Assembly: GCA_041483195.1 (NCBI GenBank)
Contig: JBGPFC010000002.1
Location: 128,001-192,000, forward strand
Length of the DNA stretch: 64,000 nucleotides
Direction of reading: 5' to 3'
Source: Candidatus Eiseniibacteriota bacterium
GTDB lineage: Bacteria > Eisenbacteria > RBG-16-71-46
Shown: positions 46,494-56,707 of the stretch, piece after piece
Layout: every line of letters begins with the position of its first letter
Position numbering within the stretch: position 1 is the stretch's first letter
Notes under the pieces: generated by a model
Told to the model about the DNA's origin: nothing
The model's input: only the letters and a program-made list of their open reading frames with translations
The model's database searches: none
Position numbers and translations under genes: made by a program

Positions 46494-47266
46494 AGCCCGA
46501 TCCGCGGCAAACCGGCGAGATGACGTTTCTCGAGCATCTCGAGGAGCTGCGCAAGGTGCTCACCCATGCGATCATCGCCTGCCTGATCGGCGCGTTGATC
46601 GGCTGGTGGATCGCGCCGCGCGTGCTCGAGGACGTCATCCGACGCACGGTGAAGCAGGCGGTCGTGCTCTCGCCGCTCGAGGCATTCAACGAGCGGTTGA
46701 AGCTGGCGCTCATCCTGGGCCTCATGCTGTCGCTGCCGGTGGTGTTCTACCGCGTCTGGAGCTTCGTGGTGCCCGGGCTCATGAAGCGCGAGCGCTCGAT
46801 GATCCTGCCGATGGTGTTCGCGTCCATGCTGCTGTTCGCCCTGGGCGCGTGGGCCGCGTACGGCTACGTGGTGCCGCTCGTGATCCAGGTGTTGAGCGGC
46901 TTCATGACCCCCAGCATGAAGGCCGAGATCCGGCTCGGCTCGCTGCTCGGATTCGTATACAACATGGCGCTCGCGTGTGGAGTGGTGTTTCAGCTGCCGC
47001 TGGTGACCATGACGCTCACCGCGATCGGCCTGGTGACGCCCCGCATGCTGCTCCAGCAATGGCGCTTCGCGATCGTCGGCGCGTTCTTCGTCACCGCCAT
47101 CATCACCCCGGGCGACGTGGTCACCGCCCAGCTCGTGATGGGCGTGCCGATGACCGCGCTCTACTTCTTGAGCGTGGGATTGTCCTACCTGGTCGCGCGC
47201 CGCAAGCGCGCGAACCCGTCCGAGGTGAAGGCCGATGCACTGGAGGGAAGCGGCGATGCCATCTGA
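46490..47266 (+). CDS. tatC: Twin-arginine translocase subunit TatC
   Basis: MTFLEHLEELR, WSFVVPGL...ER, FQLP, AIITPGD. Confidence 0.95.
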   Translation: MKPDPRQTGEMTFLEHLEELRKVLTHAIIACLIGALIGWWIAPRVLEDVIRRTVKQAVVLSPLEAFNERLKLALILGLMLSLPVVFYRVWSFVVPGLMKRERSMILPMVFASMLLFALGAWAAYGYVVPLVIQVLSGFMTPSMKAEIRLGSLLGFVYNMALACGVVFQLPLVTMTLTAIGLVTPRMLLQQWRFAIVGAFFVTAIITPGDVVTAQLVMGVPMTALYFLSVGLSYLVARRKRANPSEVKADALEGSGDAI

Positions 47267-48113
47267 ACGGAAGAGCGGAAGCGGCCGCGGCGGCGCGAGG
47301 CCCGCGGCGCGCGCGGCCGCGGCGGCGCACGTTCGCGGCGGAGCGCGGGCCGCGCAGGAGCTGATCGCGGTGGACGTCGGCAACAGCGAGACGGTGGTGG
47401 GCCTGTTCCGCGGCGAAGCCATCGCGGGTTTCTGGCGGCTCACCAGCGGGCGGCTCACGGCCGACGAGCTCGGACTCCAGCTCGAGCTGCTGTTGCGCGC
47501 GGCGCCGCGCGGCGTGCGGCGCGGTGCCGTGTTGTGCTCGGTCGCTCCCGCCCTCACGCTGGCGTGGATCACGGCGCTGGAGCGCGCGACCGGCGCCCCG
47601 CCGGTCGAGGTCAGCGCCGCGACCGCGAAGGATCTCCCGATCCGCTACCACGACAAGAGCGCGGTGGGCGCCGACCGCATCGCGAACGCGATCGCCGCGC
47701 GGGGGCTCTACGGAACGCCGGCGATCGTGGTGGATCTCGGCACCGCGACCACCTTCGATTGCATCTCGCGGCAGGGCGCGTATCTCGGCGGGATCATCGC
47801 GCCGGGTGTCATGACGTCGGCGGAGGAACTGTTCCGCCGCGCGGCTCGCATTCCGCGCGTGGAGCTTCGCAGGCCGGCGCGCGCGCTCGGCCGCACCACC
47901 GAGGAGTCGCTGCGGGCGGGCGTGCTGTGGGGCGCCTCCGGGCAGGTGGATTCGTTGGTGCGCCGCCTCGCGCTCGAGATGCAGGGCACGCCTCACGTCA
48001 TCGCGACCGGAGGACTCGCGCCCGTCATCGCCCCCGAGTGCGAGACCGTGAACTTCGTGGACGAGACGCTCACCCTCAAGGGCATGCGGCTCGTGTGGGA
48101 GAAGGCCTCGTGA
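47256..48113 (+). CDS. coaX: Type III pantothenate kinase
   Basis: VDVGNS, VGADRIAN, VDLGTATTFD, GGIIAPG, LTLKG. Confidence 0.95.
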   Translation: MPSERKSGSGRGGARPAARAAAAAHVRGGARAAQELIAVDVGNSETVVGLFRGEAIAGFWRLTSGRLTADELGLQLELLLRAAPRGVRRGAVLCSVAPALTLAWITALERATGAPPVEVSAATAKDLPIRYHDKSAVGADRIANAIAARGLYGTPAIVVDLGTATTFDCISRQGAYLGGIIAPGVMTSAEELFRRAARIPRVELRRPARALGRTTEESLRAGVLWGASGQVDSLVRRLALEMQGTPHVIATGGLAPVIAPECETVNFVDETLTLKGMRLVWEKAS

Positions 48114-48157
48114 GGCCCGCCGGTTTCACCCCGCGGCCTCGCTCGGAGGTCCGGTCG

Positions 48158-49987
48158 ATGCCGCGCGGCGCGCGCGGCGCTTCGGCCATGATGGTGCTCG
48201 GCGCGATCGTGCTCGCGGCCGGCGGCGCGCCCGGCGCCGCGCGCGACGGCGATTCGCCCGACACGCGGCTCCAGACATCCGTCGTCCGGCGCCTCGCGGA
48301 TCCGGCGTGGGAGGGGCGCGGCGTCGGCACCGCCGGACTCGATTCGGCCGCCGTGTTCGTCGCCGGTGCGATGAGGCGGACGGGACTCACGCCGGCGGGA
48401 GACGACGGCGGCTACTTCCAGGCGATGGAGGTCACGACCGGCGTCGCGCTGGGCGAGCCGTGCGCGATCGAGATCGGCGGCGTGCGCCACGACGTCGGCG
48501 AGGCCTTCATGCCGCTCGGCTTCTCGACCAACGGGCGGCTGCATGCGCCGGTGGTGTTCGCGGGCTACGGCATCTCCGCGCCCGGAATGGAGTACGACGA
48601 CTACGCGGGGCTCGACGCCCGCGACAAGCTGGTGCTGGTGATGACCAACGAGCCGGGCGAGATGGACTCGACCAGCCGCTTCGATGGAAGCGTCAACACC
48701 CCGCACGCGGAGCTGCGCACCAAGGCGATCAACGCGCGCGAGCACGGCGCGCTCGGCATGCTGGTCGTCAACGGGCCGAAGTTTCACTCGGGAGAGCCCC
48801 TCCGAAAGCCGCGTGGCGAGGGCGGTGGCTACATGACGAGCGGCCTGATCGCGGCGCAGGTGTCCGAGCCGCTCGCGGACGCGCTGCTGGCGCCGCTCGG
48901 CATCACGCTCGCTCAGGCGCAGGCGGCGATCGAGGCCCACGCGAAGCCGCACAGCCTGGCGTTCGCCGAATCCGCGACGGTCACGGTGACGCTTCGGCGG
49001 ACGCGCGCACGGATCGAGAACGTGGTGGGTTGGATCCCCGGACGCGACACCACGCGCACGCTCGTGATCGGCGCGCACTACGATCATCTCGGGTACGGCG
49101 GCGAGGGCTCGCTCGCGCCCGACCTGCACGTGCCGCATGTCGGGGCGGACGACAACGCGTCGGGGGTCGCGGCGATGCTGAGCGTGGCCGCGGACTCGCG
49201 CGCGCGCATGGCGCGCGGCTGGCGCCCGGAGCACAACCTGGTGTTCTGCGCGTTCACCGGCGAGGAGATCGGGCTGGTGGGCTCCGCGCACTTCGTGGAT
49301 GCCCCGAGCCGTCCGCTCGAATCGATCGAGGCGATGCTCAACATGGACATGGTCGGGCGGCTGCGCGACGACAAGCTGATGGTGATGGGGGTGGGCACCG
49401 CCGGCGAATTCGATTCGCTGGTCCGGGGCGTGAACCGGGCGGCCGGGCACTTCGACCTGAAGACCTCGACCGACGGTTACGGCCCGAGCGATCACTCCTC
49501 GTTCTACAAGCGCCAGATTCCGGTGCTCATGCTGTTCACGGGCGCGCACCCCGACTACCACAAGCCCAGCGACACCCCCGACAAGATCAACTTCCAGGGG
49601 CTCGCGCGCGTCGCCGGCTTCGCGACGGCCATCGTCGACTCGCTCGATCTGCGGCCCCGGGTGCACTACGAGAAGGCGAAGGCCGACAGCAGCGTGGGCC
49701 GCATCGCGGGCGGCGGCGGCTACGGCGCATACCTCGGCACCATCCCGGATTACATGCAGACCGAGGGCGGTGTGCTGCTCTCGGGCGTGCGCGCCGGCGG
49801 TCCCGCCGATCAGGCCGGCATTCGCGGCGGCGACGTGATCGTGAAGTTCGACGGGGTGCACATCGACAACATCTACGACTACACCTACGCGTTGCGTTCG
49901 CGGAAGCCCGGCCAGCTGGTCCGGATCACCGTGAAGCGCGGCGGCGCGGAGCAGGACTTGATCGTGACGCTCGGGAGGAGACCGTGA
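48158..49987 (+). CDS. M28 family peptidase with PA and PDZ domains
   Basis: GAHYDHLG, GADDNASG, GEEIGLVGS, NMDMVG, SDH, HPDYHKP; C-terminal PDZ. Confidence 0.92.
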   Translation: MPRGARGASAMMVLGAIVLAAGGAPGAARDGDSPDTRLQTSVVRRLADPAWEGRGVGTAGLDSAAVFVAGAMRRTGLTPAGDDGGYFQAMEVTTGVALGEPCAIEIGGVRHDVGEAFMPLGFSTNGRLHAPVVFAGYGISAPGMEYDDYAGLDARDKLVLVMTNEPGEMDSTSRFDGSVNTPHAELRTKAINAREHGALGMLVVNGPKFHSGEPLRKPRGEGGGYMTSGLIAAQVSEPLADALLAPLGITLAQAQAAIEAHAKPHSLAFAESATVTVTLRRTRARIENVVGWIPGRDTTRTLVIGAHYDHLGYGGEGSLAPDLHVPHVGADDNASGVAAMLSVAADSRARMARGWRPEHNLVFCAFTGEEIGLVGSAHFVDAPSRPLESIEAMLNMDMVGRLRDDKLMVMGVGTAGEFDSLVRGVNRAAGHFDLKTSTDGYGPSDHSSFYKRQIPVLMLFTGAHPDYHKPSDTPDKINFQGLARVAGFATAIVDSLDLRPRVHYEKAKADSSVGRIAGGGGYGAYLGTIPDYMQTEGGVLLSGVRAGGPADQAGIRGGDVIVKFDGVHIDNIYDYTYALRSRKPGQLVRITVKRGGAEQDLIVTLGRRP

Positions 49988-51102
49988 ACATGCAGCACAT
50001 CCAGTCGCGCAGGGTCGTGAGGATCGGAGCGGTCGCCGCGGCGATCGCGTTGCTGGGCTGGAGTTCGACGCCCGTTTGGGCGGGACGACTCGATGCCCGG
50101 CCGGTGCCGCCCACCGCGGTCAGTCAGGACAGCCTGATCCGGGTCGGCGAGCATCACTTCGAGCACCTGTGGCAGCTCACGTTCGGCGGCGAGAATGCGG
50201 AAGGCTACTGGTCCGCGGGCGGCACCCGGATCATCTTTCAATCCACCCGCGACGGATGGCCCTGCGACCAGATGTTCGTCATGAACATGGAGAGCGGCAA
50301 GATCACGCGCGTGAGCACGGGCAGGGGCCGCACCACGTGCGGCTACTTCTACGATCACGACCGGCGCGTGCTGTTCTCTTCGACGCATCTGGCCGGGGAC
50401 TCCTGCCCGCCGTTGCCCGACTACTCGAAGGGCTACACCTGGCCGCTCTATTCCGGATACGACATCTTCACCGCGCGCCCCGATGGCGGCGATCTGCGGC
50501 GCCTCACCGATCATCCGGGCTACGAGGCGGAGGCCACGGTCTCCGTGGACGGAAAGTGGATCGTCTTCACGTCGCTGCGTGACGGCGACGTCGACCTCTA
50601 CAAGATGCATCCGGATGGTTCCGGCCTCGTGCGCCTCACGCACGAGCCCGGCTACGACGGCGGAGCGTTCTTCTCGGCCGACGGCCGGTGGATCTGCTGG
50701 CGCCGGAATCCGCTCACCGACTCGACCGCGATCGCCACCTACGGCGAACTGCTCGCGCAGAATCTGGTGCGGCCCACGCGCATGGATCTCTGGGTGATGC
50801 GCGCGGACGGAACCGGCAAGCGGCAGGTGACCGACGACCCCGGCGCCTCGTTCGCGCCGTACTTCACGCCCGATGGCAAGGCGCTCATCTATTCCTCGAA
50901 CTGGGAGAACCCAACCGGCCGCAACTTCGACCTTTACCTGGTGGATGTGGCAGGGGGCAGGCCGCGGCCCGTGACGCGCGACGGGAGCTTCGACGGCTTC
51001 CCCATGTTCAGCCCCGATGGCCACTGGCTGGTGTTCGCCTCCAATCGCGGCGCGAAGGTGCGCGGCGAGACCAACCTGTTCCTCGCGCAGTGGCGGCCCT
51101 GA
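49984..51102 (+). CDS. TolB-like PD40-repeat beta-propeller protein
   Basis: GGENAEGYWS, PGYEAEATVS.DG, YDGGAFFS, FDGFPMFSPDG repeats; signal peptide. Confidence 0.88.
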   Translation: MNMQHIQSRRVVRIGAVAAAIALLGWSSTPVWAGRLDARPVPPTAVSQDSLIRVGEHHFEHLWQLTFGGENAEGYWSAGGTRIIFQSTRDGWPCDQMFVMNMESGKITRVSTGRGRTTCGYFYDHDRRVLFSSTHLAGDSCPPLPDYSKGYTWPLYSGYDIFTARPDGGDLRRLTDHPGYEAEATVSVDGKWIVFTSLRDGDVDLYKMHPDGSGLVRLTHEPGYDGGAFFSADGRWICWRRNPLTDSTAIATYGELLAQNLVRPTRMDLWVMRADGTGKRQVTDDPGASFAPYFTPDGKALIYSSNWENPTGRNFDLYLVDVAGGRPRPVTRDGSFDGFPMFSPDGHWLVFASNRGAKVRGETNLFLAQWRP

Positions 51103-51140
51103 AGCCGGGCCGCGGCGAGCGCTCGGCGGCTCCTCCCGGA

Positions 51141-52967
51141 GTGCGTGAAGCGGCGGGGGCGGGCGCGCCCGGCCGGGTCGCGACGCGCGGGTCCGGCCCC
51201 GCGACCTGGGCGGTCCTCGGGCTGCTGGCGGTCTTTCTCGGCGCGTCGTATCCGCACGCGCTGTCGCTGCCCTTCATCAACGACGACTACCTGATCCTCG
51301 ACAAGACCATCCGGCAGTCGCTGGGATCGCTCTGGGCGCCGCGCGACCTGCTGTTCAACTGGTACCGCCCGTGGTCGCGTGAATTCCACTACTGGACGCT
51401 GCGACACCTGTTCGGCCTGAACGTGAAGCCCTACCACCTCGCGAGCTTCGCGCTGTGGCTCGCGGACATGACGCTGTTCTTCACGCTCGCGCGGCGCCTC
51501 GCCGGCGGCGCGACCGCCGCGCTCGCCGCCGCGGCCACCGCGGCGCTCGCGGCGTGGGCCGGCTCGCTGCTGTGGGTGGCCGGCGTGCAGGATCTGTGGA
51601 TGATGCTGTTCGCGTTTCTCTTCCTCCACGCGTTCGCGCGCCGGCGCGCGGCGTGGAGCGCGGCGTGGCTCGCGCTCGCGCTGCTCAGCAAGGAGCTGGG
51701 GGGCGTGCTCCCGGCGCTCGCGCTGGCGTGGGCGCTGCTCGTGGACCGTGATCGCGCGCGCTCCGCGTGGCGTCGTGTCGCGCCGCTCGCGGCGCTGACC
51801 CTGGGCTGGGCGTTCCTGCATCCGCGACTGCTGGGGCGCATGTGGGGACCGTTCGCGGAAACCGTGGAGAGCGCGGGGCGACCCTCGCCGCTCGCGACCG
51901 CCGGCAAGACGCTGCTCGCGCTGATCAATCTCGAGGCGTGGCCGGCGCCGGTCTCGGGCGCGGGGACGGTGCTGAGCTACAGCGCGATCGGCATCGCGGC
52001 GCTCGGCGCGCTTGCGCTGCTCGCCTGGCGCTCCGCTGCGAACGAGCGGGGGAAGGCGCGTGCGATCGGCGCCGCGCCGGGGAAGCGGCGAGCGCACGCC
52101 CGCGCCGTGCGCGGCGCCGAGGAAGCGGCCGCGCCGGACGCGCGCGCGCCCCGCCCGGTCGCGTTCGCCGCGTGTTGGGCGCTGGTGGGCTCCGCGCCGC
52201 TGCTGCTGCCCTCGATCGGATGGCATGCCTACTATGGATTGTTCGGCGCGTTCGGCGCGTGGCTGATGTTCATGATCGCGCTCGAGCGCCGCCCGGGCAT
52301 CGCGCTCGCGGTGGTGCTCGCGCTCGCGGCGATCCGCCCGCTGCGCGCCGACACGCCGTCCTGGGACTGGGCCTCCGACGCGTATCAGCGGCGGGCGGGC
52401 TACTTCCTCCAGCTGCTGCGCGACGACCTGCTGCGCCGGCATCCCACGATGCCGCCTCACGCGCGGCTCTACTTCGCGCGCGTGCCTCGCAATATCGGAC
52501 TCATCGCCGGGGACGGTCCCGCGTTCCGCGTGTGGTATCGCGACACCACCATCCGGGCCGGCTACTACTCGTACTATCGCCCGCGCGCGGAGGGCGAGCC
52601 CGCCGGGCCCGACTACTTCTTCCGCTTCGACAGCGTGGGCGCCTGGGTCGAGGTCGTGCCGGGTCGCGAGGACGTTCGGGCCGCGCGGGAACGCGATCCC
52701 TATTGGGAGGCCGACCACCGCGAGCTCGCGCTGCTGCTCGGCACCTCCGACGACTGGCGGGCCGCCGCGCGGGAGCTCGAGAAGCTGGCGGGCGCGTTTC
52801 CGGACTCGCTCGAATATCCGCTGAACGCGGCGGTGTGCTACGAGAAGCTCGGGGACTCGAGCGCGGCCGCGCGCTGGTACGCGCGCGCGGCCGCGCTCCC
52901 CGCGGCGGATCCGCGCGTGAAGGACGCCGCGCGACACTACGCGCGCCACTTGAAGCCCGCGCCGTAA
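51141..52967 (+). CDS. GT-C-like multi-TM protein with C-terminal TPR
   Basis: PFINDDY, WYRP, YH, LALLSKE (TMTC/PMT-like); start uncertain. Confidence 0.7.
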   Translation: MREAAGAGAPGRVATRGSGPATWAVLGLLAVFLGASYPHALSLPFINDDYLILDKTIRQSLGSLWAPRDLLFNWYRPWSREFHYWTLRHLFGLNVKPYHLASFALWLADMTLFFTLARRLAGGATAALAAAATAALAAWAGSLLWVAGVQDLWMMLFAFLFLHAFARRRAAWSAAWLALALLSKELGGVLPALALAWALLVDRDRARSAWRRVAPLAALTLGWAFLHPRLLGRMWGPFAETVESAGRPSPLATAGKTLLALINLEAWPAPVSGAGTVLSYSAIGIAALGALALLAWRSAANERGKARAIGAAPGKRRAHARAVRGAEEAAAPDARAPRPVAFAACWALVGSAPLLLPSIGWHAYYGLFGAFGAWLMFMIALERRPGIALAVVLALAAIRPLRADTPSWDWASDAYQRRAGYFLQLLRDDLLRRHPTMPPHARLYFARVPRNIGLIAGDGPAFRVWYRDTTIRAGYYSYYRPRAEGEPAGPDYFFRFDSVGAWVEVVPGREDVRAARERDPYWEADHRELALLLGTSDDWRAAARELEKLAGAFPDSLEYPLNAAVCYEKLGDSSAAARWYARAAALPAADPRVKDAARHYARHLKPAP

Positions 52968-53021
52968 GCGGCTATTGATCCGCGCGGCACGTTGCGCGGC
53001 CGGGCGGACGAAGGGAGCCTG

Positions 53022-54623
53022 ATGGGCAAACGGATCCAGTTCGATGATGCGGCACGCGAGGCCTTGCGCCGCGGCGTGGATCAGCTGGCGGGCGCGGTGC
53101 GCGTCACCCTCGGACCGCGCGGGCGCAACGTCGTGATCGAGCACGGCGCCGGCGGGCCCACCATCACCAACGACGGGCTCACCATCGCGCGCGAAATCGA
53201 GCTGGCCGACCGCTTCGAGAACATGGGCGCGCAGCTGGTCAAGGAGGTGGCGATCAAGACCGGCGAGGTGGCGGGCGACGGCACGACCACCGCGACCGTG
53301 CTCGCGCACGGCATCGTGACGCGCGGCCTGCGCGCGATCGCCGCCGGTCACAACCCCGTGACCCTGAGGCGCGGCATCGAGCGCGCGGTGACGACCGCGG
53401 TCGAGTCGATCAAAACCCAGTCGCGCGCCGTGCGCGATCGCGCCGACATCGCGCGGATCGCCGCCGTGAGCGCCAACGACGACGGCGCGATCGGCGACCT
53501 GGTGGCCGATGCGATGGAGCGCGTCGGCCGGCAGGGTGTGATCACCGTCGAGGAAGGGCGCGGCATGGAGACCACGCTCGAGGTGGTGGAGGGCGTGCGC
53601 TTCGACCGCGGCTACCTCTCGCCCTATTTCGTCACCAGCCCCGAGACCATGGAGGTCTCGCTCGAGAATCCGCTGGTGATGCTCGCCGACCTCAAGTTCT
53701 CGGTTCCGCGGGATCTGCTGCCCGCGCTCGAGCACGCCGCGAACGCATCGCGTCCGCTGCTGCTGGTGGCAGACGACGTCGAGGGCGAGGCACTCGCGAT
53801 GCTGGTGGTGAACCGGCTGCGCGGCACCGTGAGCTCGGTCGCGGTGCGCGCCCCGGCCACCGGCGACCGTCGCCGCGACCTGCTCGACGATCTCGCGGTG
53901 CTCACCGGCGCCACGCTGTTCGCGCCCGATCTCGGGCGCAAGGCCGACCAGATCCGTCCCGAGGATCTCGGACGCGCGCGTCGGGTGCGGGTGGACCGCG
54001 ACAACACCACGATCATCGAGGGCGGCGGGCGCGCGGGCGCGATTCGCCAGCGGATCGCGCAGATCGAGAAGTCGCTCGCGACCTGCGATTCCGACTACGA
54101 TCGCGAAGCGTTGCGCGAGCGGCTCGCGCGGCTCACCGGCGGGGTGGCCGTGATTCGGGTGGGCGCGCCCACCGAGACCGCGCTCGGGGAGCGGAAGGCC
54201 CGTCTCGAAGACGCACTCGCCGCGACGCGCGCCGCGGTGGAGGAAGGCGTGGTGGTGGGCGGGGGCGTCGCGCTGCTCCGCGCGCAGGCGGCGGTGCGCG
54301 CGCTCGCGCTCACGCCCGAGGAGCAGGTGGGGCGGGACATCGTGCTGTTCGCCCTCGAGCTGCCGGCGATGCAGATCGCGGAGAACGCGGGGCTCGACGG
54401 CCCGGTGGTGGTGGAGCGCATCCGGCGCGCGGGCGGCGACATCGGGCTCGACGCATCGACCGGCAACTACGTCGATCTCGCGGCGGCGGGCATCCTCGAT
54501 CCGGCGAAGGTCACGCGCTGCGCTCTGCAAAACGCCGCGAGCATCGGATCGCTGGTGCTCACCACCGACGCGATCGTGGTGGACAGCGACGACGACGAAT
54601 CCGCGCCGGAGGCCGAAGGCTAG
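53022..54623 (+). CDS. groEL: Chaperonin GroEL (divergent paralog)
   Basis: [50 protein letters not shown]. Confidence 0.95.
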   Translation: MGKRIQFDDAAREALRRGVDQLAGAVRVTLGPRGRNVVIEHGAGGPTITNDGLTIAREIELADRFENMGAQLVKEVAIKTGEVAGDGTTTATVLAHGIVTRGLRAIAAGHNPVTLRRGIERAVTTAVESIKTQSRAVRDRADIARIAAVSANDDGAIGDLVADAMERVGRQGVITVEEGRGMETTLEVVEGVRFDRGYLSPYFVTSPETMEVSLENPLVMLADLKFSVPRDLLPALEHAANASRPLLLVADDVEGEALAMLVVNRLRGTVSSVAVRAPATGDRRRDLLDDLAVLTGATLFAPDLGRKADQIRPEDLGRARRVRVDRDNTTIIEGGGRAGAIRQRIAQIEKSLATCDSDYDREALRERLARLTGGVAVIRVGAPTETALGERKARLEDALAATRAAVEEGVVVGGGVALLRAQAAVRALALTPEEQVGRDIVLFALELPAMQIAENAGLDGPVVVERIRRAGGDIGLDASTGNYVDLAAAGILDPAKVTRCALQNAASIGSLVLTTDAIVVDSDDDESAPEAEG

Positions 54624-54654
54624 AGATCCGGAGCGGCGGTCGGGGGCGGGGAGT

Positions 54655-55536
54655 TCACGGCCATCCGAGCGGGCGCGTGAGCGCGAACGTATCGGGCGCG
54701 GACACCGCGCCCGCGCCATCGATCGTGAGCCGCGCCTCCCCGCCGCACGCCGCGTGCGCCAGCACCGCGAGCCCGATCCATCCGCCCGCGCCGTCGGGTG
54801 CCACGCTGGTGAGGACGCCGACCCGTTCATCGGCGGCGCGGACTTCGGCCGGAATCGCGGGCGGGGCGCCGGCGGCGCCGATCCGCGCGAGCCGCCGCCG
54901 CACGGCGTCGTACGTGACGAGCCGCAGCAGCGCCTCCTGTCCGGTGAAGCAGCCCTTCGCGAGGTGGACCTCGTGCGCAATCCCGATCTCGAACGGCGTG
55001 AACGCCTCCGCGATCTCGTGGCCGTGACGCGGCCAGCCCATCCGCACGCGGCGCGGCTCAGCGTCTTCGGCCGCGGCGGCGCCCGGCGCGGCATCGATCG
55101 CGTAACCGAAGTCGGCAACGGGCTGCACGCGGACGGGCGCGCCGTCCCGCTCCTCAGCGGTGCCCGCCGCGAGACCGCTCGCGTCCGGAATCCCGCGCAC
55201 CGCAAAGCGCGCGCTCTGATCCTCGACCCGCACCCGCTCGCGGAACACGTGGCGTTCGATGAACGCGGCGAGCGTATCGCCCGGCGCGTCGTCGCGGATC
55301 AGCCAGAGCGCGCCGTCGCGGGTCCGCGCGACCGCCGCGCGATGCAGCAGCCGGCCGCGAAAATCGCAGAAGGGCGCCATCCGCGCGCCGCCTGAGGCGA
55401 GGTCCTCGAGGAACGGGGTCGCGAGGCGGTGGAGCAGCCCGAGCGCGTCCGGCCCATCGAGACGGATGAGCGTCGGCGCAGACCGGGCCGGGCCCGCCGG
55501 GCCGGCGGGGGCGGAGTGCGAATCGGAGGATCCCAC
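54655..55536 (-). CDS. YgfZ/GcvT-like folate-binding protein
   Basis: LDGPDA..LL, KGCFTGQE signature; start uncertain. Confidence 0.85.
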   Translation of the reverse strand: MGSSDSHSAPAGPAGPARSAPTLIRLDGPDALGLLHRLATPFLEDLASGGARMAPFCDFRGRLLHRAAVARTRDGALWLIRDDAPGDTLAAFIERHVFRERVRVEDQSARFAVRGIPDASGLAAGTAEERDGAPVRVQPVADFGYAIDAAPGAAAAEDAEPRRVRMGWPRHGHEIAEAFTPFEIGIAHEVHLAKGCFTGQEALLRLVTYDAVRRRLARIGAAGAPPAIPAEVRAADERVGVLTSVAPDGAGGWIGLAVLAHAACGGEARLTIDGAGAVSAPDTFALTRPLGWP

Positions 55537-55633
55537 GCGCCGAGGCTAACCAGCGGGCGAGGGTGGCGCAACCCGGCACCCGATGCTAGATTCGCGCGTC
55601 GCGTTCACACGCCGCCTCATGCGGAGTCCACCG

Positions 55634-56707
55634 ATGCCGGTCAATACCGAGACGCTCGCCGAGCTGCTGGAGACGCTGATCAACATTCCGAGCGAGACCG
55701 GCTCCGAGCTCGCGCTCGCCGACTGGATCATGAACCGGCTGCGCGCGCGCGGCGCGGGGGAATGCCTGCGCTCGGGGCACAGCGTCGTGTGGCGCGGCCC
55801 GCAGCGCGGCCGGCCCCTGGTGGTGCTCGCGGGTCATCTCGACACGGTGCCGGCGCGCGGCAACGCGCGCGCGCGCTACGGCGACGGCCGGCTCTACGGC
55901 GTCGGGTCCACCGACATGAAGGGCGGCGACGCCGTCATGCTCTCGCTGGCCGAGACGCTCGACCCCTCGCGCCTCCGCTTCGACCTGGCGGCGGTGTTCT
56001 ACGAGGCGGAGGAGGGGCCGGCGGATGGCAACGGCCTGGGTCGACTGCTGGGCGAGATGCCGTGGTTGCGCGAGGCGAGGCTCGCGGTCCTGCTCGAGCC
56101 CACCGATCTCAAGGTGGAGCTGGGATGCATCGGCACGCTCAACGCCGAGGTGCGCGTCACCGGCAAGAGCGCCCACAGCGCGCGGCCCTGGCTCGGCGCC
56201 AACGCCGTCGAGCGCGCGGCACCATGGCTCGCCGAGATCACGCGCTTCCCGGTGACGTCGGTCAGCGTGCAGGGGGTCGAGTTCCGCGAGACGCTCCAGG
56301 TCACGACGCTGCACGCGGGCCGCACCCGGAACGTGATCCCCGACGAACTGATCGCGAACCTCAACTATCGCTTCCCACCCGACCGCACGCTGGATTCCGC
56401 CGAGCGGCGGCTCCGCGCCCTGGTGCCCGGCACCTTCGAGTGCCGGATCGTGGATCGCGCGCCGCCCGGGCGGGTGTGCCTCGACCGGCCCGAGGTGCGT
56501 GAGTTCATCGCGCGCTTCGACGCCGCGACGGCGGGCAAGCAGGGATGGACCGACGTCGCGCGCTTCACCGATCTCGGCATCGCGGCGTTCAATTTCGGCC
56601 CGGGCGTGCCGGAGCTGGCGCACCAGGTGGAGGAGTACTGCCCGGTCGCGAATCTCGCGCCGGCCTACGACTGGCTCGCGCGCTACCTCACGTCGGAGGA
56701 CGCGTGA
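55634..56707 (+). CDS. dapE: Succinyl-diaminopimelate desuccinylase (M20)
   Basis: GHLDTVP, DMKGG, EE, HSARPW, GWTDVARF, AH. Confidence 0.88.
   Translation: MPVNTETLAELLETLINIPSETGSELALADWIMNRLRARGAGECLRSGHSVVWRGPQRGRPLVVLAGHLDTVPARGNARARYGDGRLYGVGSTDMKGGDAVMLSLAETLDPSRLRFDLAAVFYEAEEGPADGNGLGRLLGEMPWLREARLAVLLEPTDLKVELGCIGTLNAEVRVTGKSAHSARPWLGANAVERAAPWLAEITRFPVTSVSVQGVEFRETLQVTTLHAGRTRNVIPDELIANLNYRFPPDRTLDSAERRLRALVPGTFECRIVDRAPPGRVCLDRPEVREFIARFDAATAGKQGWTDVARFTDLGIAAFNFGPGVPELAHQVEEYCPVANLAPAYDWLARYLTSEDA

Noticed and set aside
50934..55205. 1423-aa minus-strand ORF and other long antisense ORFs (25312..28017, 44420..47572, 39383..41938)
   Set aside because: These are shadow frames of well-supported plus-strand genes in high-GC DNA, with no domain motifs.
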